Source: an uncultured Armatimonadetes bacterium (GTDB lineage: Bacteria; Armatimonadota; Hebobacteria; Hebobacterales; Hebobacteraceae). From it: 64,000 nt of DNA. The notes beneath the pieces are model-generated. The model searched no databases and was not told the origin of the DNA. It saw only the letters and a program-made list of their open reading frames with translations. The stretch's first letter is position 1. Each line of letters begins with the position of its first letter. Shown one piece after another: positions 56,048-64,000 of this stretch. The DNA lies in NCBI GenBank assembly GCA_963716175.1, contig OY970296.1, positions 960,001 through 1,024,000 on the forward strand, read 5' to 3'. The position numbers and the translations under genes are program-made.

Positions 56048-57235
56048 TCACCTCGGGAGCGCTGGGCGTCCTATCCAGAGCGGTGTGCCATCCGATCTCC
56101 GCAACTCGATCCGCTCATCGTGCCAGGTGATGACGCTCGCCAGCATGACCTGCTTCCCTTGCACCGTCACCACGGAGCCTGTCACGCTCACCTCATCTCC
56201 TGCCGTCGGTGTCAGGCGCAGTTGCCGCATGTACCAGGCCGGCGCCAGGTGGACCAGCAGCTCGCGCCCTTCCCGGGATCGCACCGCAATCCCGAGGCCC
56301 TGCCCTGACAGCTCCGTAGGCGTGATCCTCCCCACTCGAACTACCTGCCCGGTGATGGTCTCGATGGCACTCGGGTTGTAGAGCCGGCCGTAGCGCGAGC
56401 CAGGCCCCCATCCGCCCCAGTTCCGCCAGCCGCCGGCCCACGCCGGCACGCCCTCGTCGCTCCTCAGGCGAACCTTCTTGCCGCCACGCTCCACCACCGA
56501 GGCGATCAGCACATCCTGCTTCTGCCACTTCACCTCCGCGCCGCTCACGGTAACTTGCTCGCCCTGCTTGAGATTCGGGAGTTCATCGTGGATGAACCAA
56601 GCCGGCCCCAGGTGCACTTGCACCTGCTTGCTCTGAGGCGTCCTCAGGCGCAGCATCACTCCCGCGCCCGTCTCTTCGCCACCGGGCCAGATCTCCTCCA
56701 CCGACTCGATCTGGCCAACCACCGTTCGCTTCTCACCGCTGTCCCACACCTCGCTGTAGCGCTGCCATGCGGCCGAGCTGCCCCCCAGCCCGAGAGGAGC
56801 GCCATCAGCTGTTCGGAGCGGATAGGTAGCGCCGCCCCAGATCACTTCCCGCGCGACGACCGCCTCCTGCCCTCGCTCCTGAATGGGCATGCCGATCACC
56901 TCGACGGTGTCGCCAGGGGCTGGCTTCAGTCCGAGTTCGGTCAGGAACCAGGGAGGCCCCAACAGCACCGTGCGCACCGCCCCGGTCTCGGCGCGCACTG
57001 TCATCGGACTACCCAGGGCTTGACCGCGCCCCGCCACAGGTGCCTCCACAACCGTCCCGCGAAACGTCACCTCCTTGGCCTTGTCCCAGGCCAATGCCAC
57101 TCCGCCATGCCGGGCACCCCTTTGGCCTCTGTAGCCGGGCCCGCCTCGGCCCCGCATTCGGCCCGCTTGCGCAGCCGTCGGCAGTGCCAGCGCCGCCACC
57201 AGGATCACAATCGCCAGGTACCTGTTCCAGTTCAT
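56048..57235 (-). CDS. Exported protein with three tandem OB-fold-like repeats
   Basis: Signal peptide; three repeats of G.V....V(H)LGP.W......GD.V.V.G.......A..V.......LR..DG.P. Confidence 0.75.
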   Translation of the reverse strand: MNWNRYLAIVILVAALALPTAAQAGRMRGRGGPGYRGQRGARHGGVALAWDKAKEVTFRGTVVEAPVAGRGQALGSPMTVRAETGAVRTVLLGPPWFLTELGLKPAPGDTVEVIGMPIQERGQEAVVAREVIWGGATYPLRTADGAPLGLGGSSAAWQRYSEVWDSGEKRTVVGQIESVEEIWPGGEETGAGVMLRLRTPQSKQVQVHLGPAWFIHDELPNLKQGEQVTVSGAEVKWQKQDVLIASVVERGGKKVRLRSDEGVPAWAGGWRNWGGWGPGSRYGRLYNPSAIETITGQVVRVGRITPTELSGQGLGIAVRSREGRELLVHLAPAWYMRQLRLTPTAGDEVSVTGSVVTVQGKQVMLASVITWHDERIELRRSDGTPLWIGRPALPR

Positions 57236-57570
57236 CTCTGCACCTCACGTTCCAGGCTGTTCCCGCCATGGGTGCAGCCTTACGGCCCACAGGCGAGGTG
57301 CCCTTGTGCGTTCGCGCCACACGCGCGGGCCCTCCATTGCCCCAGGTTGGCCCGCGGGCCGCCGTGTTCGCCGGACTGATGCCTGCAGCTGGGGTCATCG
57401 CCTGCACGCGGCCCGAGTGATCGGTAGGCAGTCTCCCATGCCTGCCCCGGTGCATTGCGCGTTCTTCTAACATCCATCGCTGCCTATCCGGACAGCGACA
57501 GCAACCAGCGGGTTGATCCACCTCGGGCACACCTTCTATCATCACCCAAGACACCTATGGAGGAAGACCG

Positions 57571-58128
57571 ATGAGGAAGGCTGCGATTGCCCTGCTGACC
57601 ATCGCCGTGGCCAGCCTGGCTGCGATCGCGTATGCCCAGGCCACTCGCCGGGCAGTGACCGATGACCCCACCGCGGGCGTGGCATCGGGGGTGGTTCACA
57701 ACGGCCATCTGCTGGTGCTCCGCGACAACGTCATCAGCATCTATCGGCTCGACGACCTGCCTCGCCTGGCCCTGGTCAACGCGGTCGAGATCCCTACGTC
57801 CATGGAGACGGCCAGGCAGATGATGGGCAGGCTGGGCACGAGTGGGAGCCAGACCGCCGAAGCGTCCGAGCCAGGAAAGCCCGCCGCGATCGAGATGGGG
57901 CGGAAGGCCTATCTCGGCCAGAGCTGCTCTGACTGCCACCGCATCGGCGGCAGGGGTGGCATGGTCGGGCCGGACCTCAGTGATGAGGGTACGCGCCACA
58001 ACGCCGAGTGGATCAGGAAGAAGATCACCGACCCCAGGGCTTCGGATGCCAACAGCATGATGCCGGCTTACCACCTGCCCGAGGGCGAGCTGGGCGCGCT
58101 CGCCGAGTACCTGGCGTCGCTTCACTGA
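57571..58128 (+). CDS. Exported monoheme cytochrome c
   Basis: Signal peptide, CSDCH, GPDLS, SMMP; GGAGG RBS. Confidence 0.9.
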   Translation: MRKAAIALLTIAVASLAAIAYAQATRRAVTDDPTAGVASGVVHNGHLLVLRDNVISIYRLDDLPRLALVNAVEIPTSMETARQMMGRLGTSGSQTAEASEPGKPAAIEMGRKAYLGQSCSDCHRIGGRGGMVGPDLSDEGTRHNAEWIRKKITDPRASDANSMMPAYHLPEGELGALAEYLASLH

Positions 58129-58154
58129 ATCGCGGGTTACAGGTCCTGGCGCGC

Positions 58155-59543
58155 ATGCACTACCCATTCTGGTACATCCCGGGGTTGATGTCGCCCATGC
58201 TGATTGCCATCATCGCGACGCTCCACGTATTCGTCGCGATGTTCGCGGTGGGCGGCGGGCTCGTGATGGCCCTGGGCACGCACGCCGGCCATCGCGATCA
58301 CGACCAGCAGCTCATCGCCTACTTCGGCTCCTTCGCCTGGTTCTTCGTGCTGATCACAGTGGTCTTTGGGGCGATCACCGGAGTGGGGGTGTGGTGGACG
58401 ATCGGACTCGCTTCTCCCCTGGCGACCGAGGAGCTGATTCACATCTTCGTGTTCGTGTGGGCGATGGAGTACGCAACCTTCCTGGTCGAGATCGTGTCCG
58501 CGTTCGTGTTCTTCCACGGCTGGAGGCGGCTCGATGCGCGGACCCACCAGGCGGCGCTGTGGAGCTACGCGGGGTCGGCCTGGCTGAGCCTGGTGCTGAT
58601 CACGGGCATCACCGCGTTCATGCTCCACTCCGGCAACTGGCTGCCAGGGCAAGGGCTGTGGCGCGCCTTCTGGAATCCGCAGGCGATTCCTCAGATCGTG
58701 GCGCGGACCGGCAGCTCGCTGCTGCTCGCCGCCCTCTTCATCTTCCTGCACGCGGCCTTCAGGCTCCCCGGACAAGACGGCCTGCGCGCCAGCATCGCCC
58801 AGCACGCCGCGCGCTGGGCCATGCTCGGCGGGTTGCTCGTGATCGTCGGCGGGATCGCCTGGTTCACCTTCTCTCCCCCCAGCGCGCGGGCGGCCTTGGA
58901 GGCCGCGGCCACCTTGAACCTGCTCATTGTGCTGCTCTTCGCGCTCACCGCGACTGTGGTCGTGATGCTCTACGTCGGGCCCTACCGGCATCCCGGCTGG
59001 GTCAACCCCGGGTTCGCCATCCTGTTCTTCGCCATGGGCTTTGCCGCCACCAGCACCGGCGAGTTCGTGCGGGAGGCCGTGCGCAAGCCCTACGTGGTGT
59101 ACGGCAGCATCCTGGGGAATGGCATTCGCGCGTCGGAGGTGCCTCGGGCGCGTGCCGAGGGGCTGCTGAACGTGGGCCTCTGGCCGCGGCTGTGGATGTC
59201 GGATCACCACCCCGATGTCATGGCTCCGGGAGGCCGCGTGGATGAGCCCCGGCTGATGCTCCAGCCCCAGGAGCAACGCCAGCAGATCGGCAGAGTCGTC
59301 TTCCTCTACCACTGCAACGATTGCCATGCGGTGCGAGGCTACTCTGCCATTAGCCAGCTCACTCGGGGCAAGACGCGCGGCATGATGATGGACATCATGC
59401 TTCAGCTCAACCGGGCGGACTTCTTCATGCCGCCATTCTCGGGGCGGCCGGAGGAAGCGGAGGTGCTGCTCGACTACCTCGCCACCGTCATGGAGCCTTA
59501 CCCGCCAGGGCTGGTGGAGGCGAGTGGAGAGAAGTCACGGTGA
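58155..59543 (+). CDS. CydA-like membrane cytochrome b subunit with C-terminal heme c domain
   Basis: ATLHVFVAMFAVGGG, GAITGVGVW, WAMEY..F..E, EFVREAVRKPY, CNDCH, MPPFSG. Confidence 0.85.
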   Translation: MHYPFWYIPGLMSPMLIAIIATLHVFVAMFAVGGGLVMALGTHAGHRDHDQQLIAYFGSFAWFFVLITVVFGAITGVGVWWTIGLASPLATEELIHIFVFVWAMEYATFLVEIVSAFVFFHGWRRLDARTHQAALWSYAGSAWLSLVLITGITAFMLHSGNWLPGQGLWRAFWNPQAIPQIVARTGSSLLLAALFIFLHAAFRLPGQDGLRASIAQHAARWAMLGGLLVIVGGIAWFTFSPPSARAALEAAATLNLLIVLLFALTATVVVMLYVGPYRHPGWVNPGFAILFFAMGFAATSTGEFVREAVRKPYVVYGSILGNGIRASEVPRARAEGLLNVGLWPRLWMSDHHPDVMAPGGRVDEPRLMLQPQEQRQQIGRVVFLYHCNDCHAVRGYSAISQLTRGKTRGMMMDIMLQLNRADFFMPPFSGRPEEAEVLLDYLATVMEPYPPGLVEASGEKSR

Positions 59544-60658
59544 TCCCACTCGCTCCGCAAAGCCCACATGGCTATCCTGCTCCCTTCTGGCTGCTGGAGG
59601 CGCTCAAGGTCTTCGGGTTCACGCTGCACGCGACCGTGATGCACCTGTGGTACGCTGGCATGCCCCTCGCCTTCCTGCTCTGGCTGGCCGGCGGCGCCCG
59701 CGGCCGCCTTCTCGCCGGCCGGCTGGCCAGAGTCATGCCCTTCGCCATCGCGCTGGGCGTGAACTTCGGGATCATCCCGCTGCTCTTCACCCAGGTGGTT
59801 AACTACCAGTTCTTCTACCCCGCCGGCATCCTCATCGCCTGGCCCTGGCTCAGCGTGATCCCCTTACTGATCGTGGCCTACTATGCCGTGTACCTGCAGG
59901 CCCAGGGCAGGCGGCCTGTCCTAGTGGTCGCCGCCGCTGGTGTCAGCGCTCTCCTGCTGGTGATCATCGGCTTCTTCTTTGCCAACAACTTCAGCCTGAT
60001 GACCAACCCGGAGCGATGGCTGGTCATATTCCGGCGAACCGCCATCGCCGGAGCCCCCTCCGGGCTCGCCCTCAATGTTGGCGACCCCACCCTGGCGCCG
60101 CGCTGGCTGATGATGTTCGGCCTCGCCATCACCACCACCGCCGCATTCATCGCCCTCGACACCGTTCTCTTCGCACGCCCGGGCCGACCGGACTACGCGA
60201 TCTGGACGCGCCGCTTCGTCCTCGGCCTCTACACCATCGGCCTGCTCTGGTTCGCCGCGGCCGGCTCCTGGTACGTATTCGGCACCTTCTCGCATCTGAT
60301 GCATCAGGCCATGCTGGCCAACCGGGCAGTGACCGCCCTGATGGTGTTGACGGCCATCGCCCCGGGGCTTCCTTGGCTGCTCATCCTCCTGTGGCAGCGC
60401 TTCGCCTCAGCTCTCCTGGTCGGCGCCGCCGCCATCGCCCAGTTCGGGGTGCTCGGGATCAACGCCATCTCCCGCCAATGGGTGCAGAACATGGAGATGC
60501 GGCCCTACGCCGATCTTGCGGCGGTGCCGGTGCACATGCAGTGGGGCGGGCTGATCCTGTTTCTCCTGATGTTCGCGATCGCGGTCGTGCTGTGCATCTG
60601 GCTAGCGCACAGGCTGCGGGCCGCCCTGATCGCACAGGCGACGCAGGCAGTGCCGTGA
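59540..60658 (+). CDS. Polytopic membrane partner subunit (bd-like complex subunit)
   Basis: FTLH...MH, GVNFGIIPLLFTQV.Y; translationally coupled to the upstream gene. Confidence 0.7.
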   Translation: MIPLAPQSPHGYPAPFWLLEALKVFGFTLHATVMHLWYAGMPLAFLLWLAGGARGRLLAGRLARVMPFAIALGVNFGIIPLLFTQVVNYQFFYPAGILIAWPWLSVIPLLIVAYYAVYLQAQGRRPVLVVAAAGVSALLLVIIGFFFANNFSLMTNPERWLVIFRRTAIAGAPSGLALNVGDPTLAPRWLMMFGLAITTTAAFIALDTVLFARPGRPDYAIWTRRFVLGLYTIGLLWFAAAGSWYVFGTFSHLMHQAMLANRAVTALMVLTAIAPGLPWLLILLWQRFASALLVGAAAIAQFGVLGINAISRQWVQNMEMRPYADLAAVPVHMQWGGLILFLLMFAIAVVLCIWLAHRLRAALIAQATQAVP

Positions 60659-60757
60659 CGGCTTAGGCCGGGTGTCCCGGGAAATAGTAGGAACTCGACG
60701 GCGGCGAGACCCCGCGGGGCGGTGACTATGATCAACCTCGAAGGCGTTGGGGGCGAC

Positions 60758-61453
60758 ATGGCAGAGGCGGAGCTTGGCAGGAGACAGCGCGCTGCCGAAG
60801 TCGTGGTCTTCCTGGCGCTGATCATCTCGTCTGTGGTGTTCTCCTTCTTCGCCATTCCCCAGGAGCGGATCAGCTTCCGCCTGGTCGCCGCCTCCGTCAT
60901 CCTGCGGGACGTGGCCCTGGTCGGCCTGGTCCTTTTCTTCGTCTGGCGCAACGGCGAGGCCCTCTCTCACATCGGCTGGCGCCTGCGGGCCTGGCGGAAG
61001 GAAGCCGGCATCGGGGTTCTGCTGTTCCCGGTGTTGTTTGCCGGCGCCGGCCTGCTGGAGGCAGGGCTGAAGCGCATAGGACTCTCGGTCCCGCTCAAGC
61101 CGCCCTCGTTCCTGGTCTACCACCGGCCCGCCGACGTGTTCCTCGCCCTGGCATTAGTGGTAGTCGTGGCCATCTCCGAGGAGACCATATTCCGCGGCTA
61201 CCTGATACTGCGCCTGGGCGAGGCCACCCGAAGCGTCTCTCAGGCGATCATTCTGTCCGCCATCGTCTTCTCGCTCGGCCATGGATATGAAGGCACGGCC
61301 GGCGTCGTCACCGTGGGGATGATGGGCGCCGTCTTCGGATGGATCTACGTGTGGAGGCGCAGCCTGGTGGCGCCCATTGTCCTGCATTTCCTCCAGGACT
61401 TCGTTGGCATCGTCGCCGTGCCGCTGGTGAGAATGCTGCATGGGCCGGGATAG
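60758..61453 (+). CDS. CPBP (CAAX/Abi) intramembrane metalloprotease
   Basis: EETIFRGYL, FSLGHGYEG, HFLQD. Confidence 0.92.
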   Translation: MAEAELGRRQRAAEVVVFLALIISSVVFSFFAIPQERISFRLVAASVILRDVALVGLVLFFVWRNGEALSHIGWRLRAWRKEAGIGVLLFPVLFAGAGLLEAGLKRIGLSVPLKPPSFLVYHRPADVFLALALVVVVAISEETIFRGYLILRLGEATRSVSQAIILSAIVFSLGHGYEGTAGVVTVGMMGAVFGWIYVWRRSLVAPIVLHFLQDFVGIVAVPLVRMLHGPG

Positions 61454-61705
61454 CGGTCGGCAGACACCTCGCAGTCCCGCTGCCAACCAAGGGATCAGCC
61501 CCTCGCCTCTCGGCCTTGGATGGCCGCAGCAGGAGGTACTGCAGATTGTCTGGAAGTCTGTCCGCGCTTTCCTGAACGCGGGGCTAGCGGGTTCTCCCCA
61601 ACGAGCTGATGCCGCGATCCCTCAGGCCGTTGAGGAGCCCAGCGTCTATTGCTTCGATATGCGAACCTCATCAGGTCACCGCATCCAGGGCGAGACGGCG
61701 ATTTC

Positions 61706-62539
61706 ATGAGTGTGCTCGAGCTGACTGGAGCGATCTGGATTGGCGCGCTGGTGGCGGGTTTTCTCGGGTCCCTCACTGGGCTGGGCGGTGGGGTGGTCAT
61801 TGTGCCCTTGCTCACCCTCGGATTCGGGGCCGATATCCGCTATGCCATCGGTGCCTCGCTGATCTCGGTCATCGCCACCTCCTCCGGGGCCGCGATCGCC
61901 TACGTGAGAGAAGGCTTTACCAACATCCGGGTCGGCATGCTGCTTGAGATCGCGACCACTCTGGGCGCCAGCTTAGGAGCGCTGCTGGCAACCGTCGTGG
62001 CCCCACGGGTCATCGCCGTGGTGTTCGGGCTGGTGCTGCTCTGCTCCGTCTACCGGTCTGGGAGGGAGCGGGCCCCAAGCGGGCATCAGCCTCCGGACCC
62101 GCTGGCGGCGCGGCTGCGGTTGCATGGCACCTACCCGGGGCCCGAAGGCCTGCGCAGCTACCAGGTCCGGCGGGTGCCGCTGGGATTCGGCCTGATGGCC
62201 ATTGCCGGAGCGCTCTCCGGGCTGCTGGGCATCGGCTCCGGGGCCATGAAGGTGTTGGCCATGGATCAGGCCATGGGCATCCCCTTCAAGGTCTCCACCA
62301 CCACCAGCAACTTCATGATCGGAGTCACCGCCGCCGCCAGCGCCGGTATCTACCTGAATCGAGGGTACATAGACCCGGGGCTAGCCTGGCCCACCATGCT
62401 CGGCGTGCTCGTAGGTTCCCTGCTCGGTGCCCGGATGCTGGGCGAGGCAAAGACGAGAGTGCTCCGGGTGGTCTTCACTGTGGTTGTCTTCGCACTGGGC
62501 CTGGAGATGATCTACGACGGCCTGAGTGGGAGGATCTAG
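61706..62539 (+). CDS. TauE/SafE (TSUP) family permease
   Basis: GSLTGLGGGVVIVP, SGLLGIGSG, STTTSNFMIGVTA. Confidence 0.92.
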   Translation: MSVLELTGAIWIGALVAGFLGSLTGLGGGVVIVPLLTLGFGADIRYAIGASLISVIATSSGAAIAYVREGFTNIRVGMLLEIATTLGASLGALLATVVAPRVIAVVFGLVLLCSVYRSGRERAPSGHQPPDPLAARLRLHGTYPGPEGLRSYQVRRVPLGFGLMAIAGALSGLLGIGSGAMKVLAMDQAMGIPFKVSTTTSNFMIGVTAAASAGIYLNRGYIDPGLAWPTMLGVLVGSLLGARMLGEAKTRVLRVVFTVVVFALGLEMIYDGLSGRI

Positions 62540-62540
62540 C

Positions 62541-62930
62541 ATGCGGCGAGTGCGCGTCGCTTGGACCGATGATCAGATGCAAGCCATCATCAGCGCGCTG
62601 CTGCGTGCCGGTGTCACCGCGACCTCGTTCGTCGTGCTGGCAGGGGGCATCTACTATCTGGCACTCCATGGCGGGGAACACCTGGACTACCGAGCATTCC
62701 ATGGGCAGCCCGCCGCGCTGCGTACCATACCCGGCATCGTCGCCTTCGCGCTGTCTTCCCACAGCCGCGGCATCATCGAACTCGGACTAGTGATGCTGGT
62801 GATGACTCCCATCGCCCGCGTCCTCATCTCCGTGGTAGGCTTCGCCCGGCAGCGTGACTACCTCTACGTAGGCGCGACGCTTCTGGTGCTGGCCATCCTT
62901 CTCCACAACCTGCTCGTGGGAACCCTCTAG
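62541..62930 (+). CDS. DUF1634 membrane protein
   Basis: IS.LLR.GV, G...L..TPIARV...F....DY.Y; the usual partner of this TSUP subfamily. Confidence 0.85.
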   Translation: MRRVRVAWTDDQMQAIISALLRAGVTATSFVVLAGGIYYLALHGGEHLDYRAFHGQPAALRTIPGIVAFALSSHSRGIIELGLVMLVMTPIARVLISVVGFARQRDYLYVGATLLVLAILLHNLLVGTL

Positions 62931-62940
62931 CGCTGCCGCC

Positions 62941-63936
62941 TTGGCGGTGACCAGATACCAGCGTTGGCTGTCGCCCAAGTTCGTCATCGGTGAGAGTTAT
63001 GGCACGACCAGAGCTGCCGCCCTCGCCAGCCATTTGCAGCGGGCCACTGGCCTGGACCTCGTCGGCGTGATCCTGCTTTCCTCCGCGCTCGACTTCCAGA
63101 CCTTCTCACCCGGTGAGGGCAACGATCTCCCCTACGCGCTGGCCCTGCCCAGCTTCACCGCGGCGGCCTGGTACCACAAGAAGCTAGCCGCTGATCCGGC
63201 CCAGGCGCTGACCGAAGTGGAGCACTGGGCATTGACGGAATACACGACCGCACTGGCGCAGGGTGACGTTCTCGCGAGCGCGGAACGCGACCACATCATC
63301 GCGCGGATGGCGGAGTTCACCGGGCTATCTGCGAACTACCTCCAGACCAGCCGCCTGCGGGTCCGCCCCCCTCGGTTCGCCAAGGAGCTACTGCGGGGCG
63401 AGGACCGCACGCTCGGCCTGCTAGACAGCCGCGTTAAGGGAGTGGACGTCTCGCCCCGCGGCGAGTTCCCCGAGTACGACCCGGCCATGTTCCTGGTCAC
63501 CGGCCCGTACGTCGCTACCTTCAATGACTACGTGCGCCGCGACCTGAAGTATGAAACGACGCTGCGGTACGAGTTCCTCTCTCAGGAGGTGCACGATTCC
63601 TGGAGCTATGCTCCCGGCGGGCAGGGCTACCTATATGTGGGCGACAGGCTGGCCGAGGCGATGTCCAGAGACACCCGGCTGCAGGTCTTTGCAGGAGCCG
63701 GCTGCTACGACTTGACCACGCCTTACCTCTCTCAGAAGTACACCCTCGACCACCTTGAGCTGGACCCCAGCCTGCGCGGCCATCTCACCTTTAAGGTGTA
63801 CCAGTCCGGTCACCAGATCTACACCGACATTCCGTCATTGAGAGCACTGAAGTCAGACCTGGCGGCCTTTGTGAGAAGCGCTCGCGCACCTGCCTCGTCA
63901 CCACCCGCGAAGGGAAAACCGGGGGCTCGCCCCTGA
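62941..63936 (+). pseudogene. 5'-truncated peptidase S10 (serine carboxypeptidase)
   Basis: Begins at RWLSPKFVIGESYGTTRAA; GCYDLTTP and SGHQIY present; N-terminal part and RBS missing. Confidence 0.7.
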
Positions 63937-64000
63937 GAGTGCTCCCGCTCAACTTGCGATCTCTGCTCTTGCGCGTCGGCCGGCCAAGAGCACTGGCCCG

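Noticed and set aside
56048-58128. Magnetosome gene cluster
   Set aside because: Only a shared generic domain; no mamA/B/E/K/M/P/Q-like genes in the window.

Overview
High-GC bacterial window, probably Armatimonadota-like. That assignment is inferred from the prepilin-type DUF1559/H-X9-DG protein and its DUF6785-type membrane partner. In order it holds: the 3' part of serS; a REP-flanked AbiJ-type gene plus a RAYT (TnpA-REP) transposase; purSQLFM; cdsA; a group-3 sigma factor fused to a degenerate GGDEF domain; catabolic enzymes; a tRNA operon (Glu, Val, Val, Asp, Phe) with a hicBA mini-island; an ArsR-led thioredoxin/DGC/GcvH/ferredoxin/CcdA operon; an ANTAR two-component pair; membrane proteases; and a cytochrome bd-like/cytochrome c module. 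Five signals stand out. (1) tRNA-Phe 5' and 3' half-genes with a compensatory acceptor-stem pair bracket the intact tRNA-Phe and hicBA. (2) The sigma factor carries an RxxD-intact, catalytically dead GGDEF domain. (3) A DGC-GcvH fusion sits in a redox operon with an HdrA-like mini protein. (4) A putative defence gene lies between inverted REPs next to a RAYT. (5) Palindromic and miniature elements are dense: six GTAG REPs, two MITE families, a perfect four-way junction and a 48-nt in-frame palindrome inside serS. All family calls come from motif recognition by eye; no database search was run.
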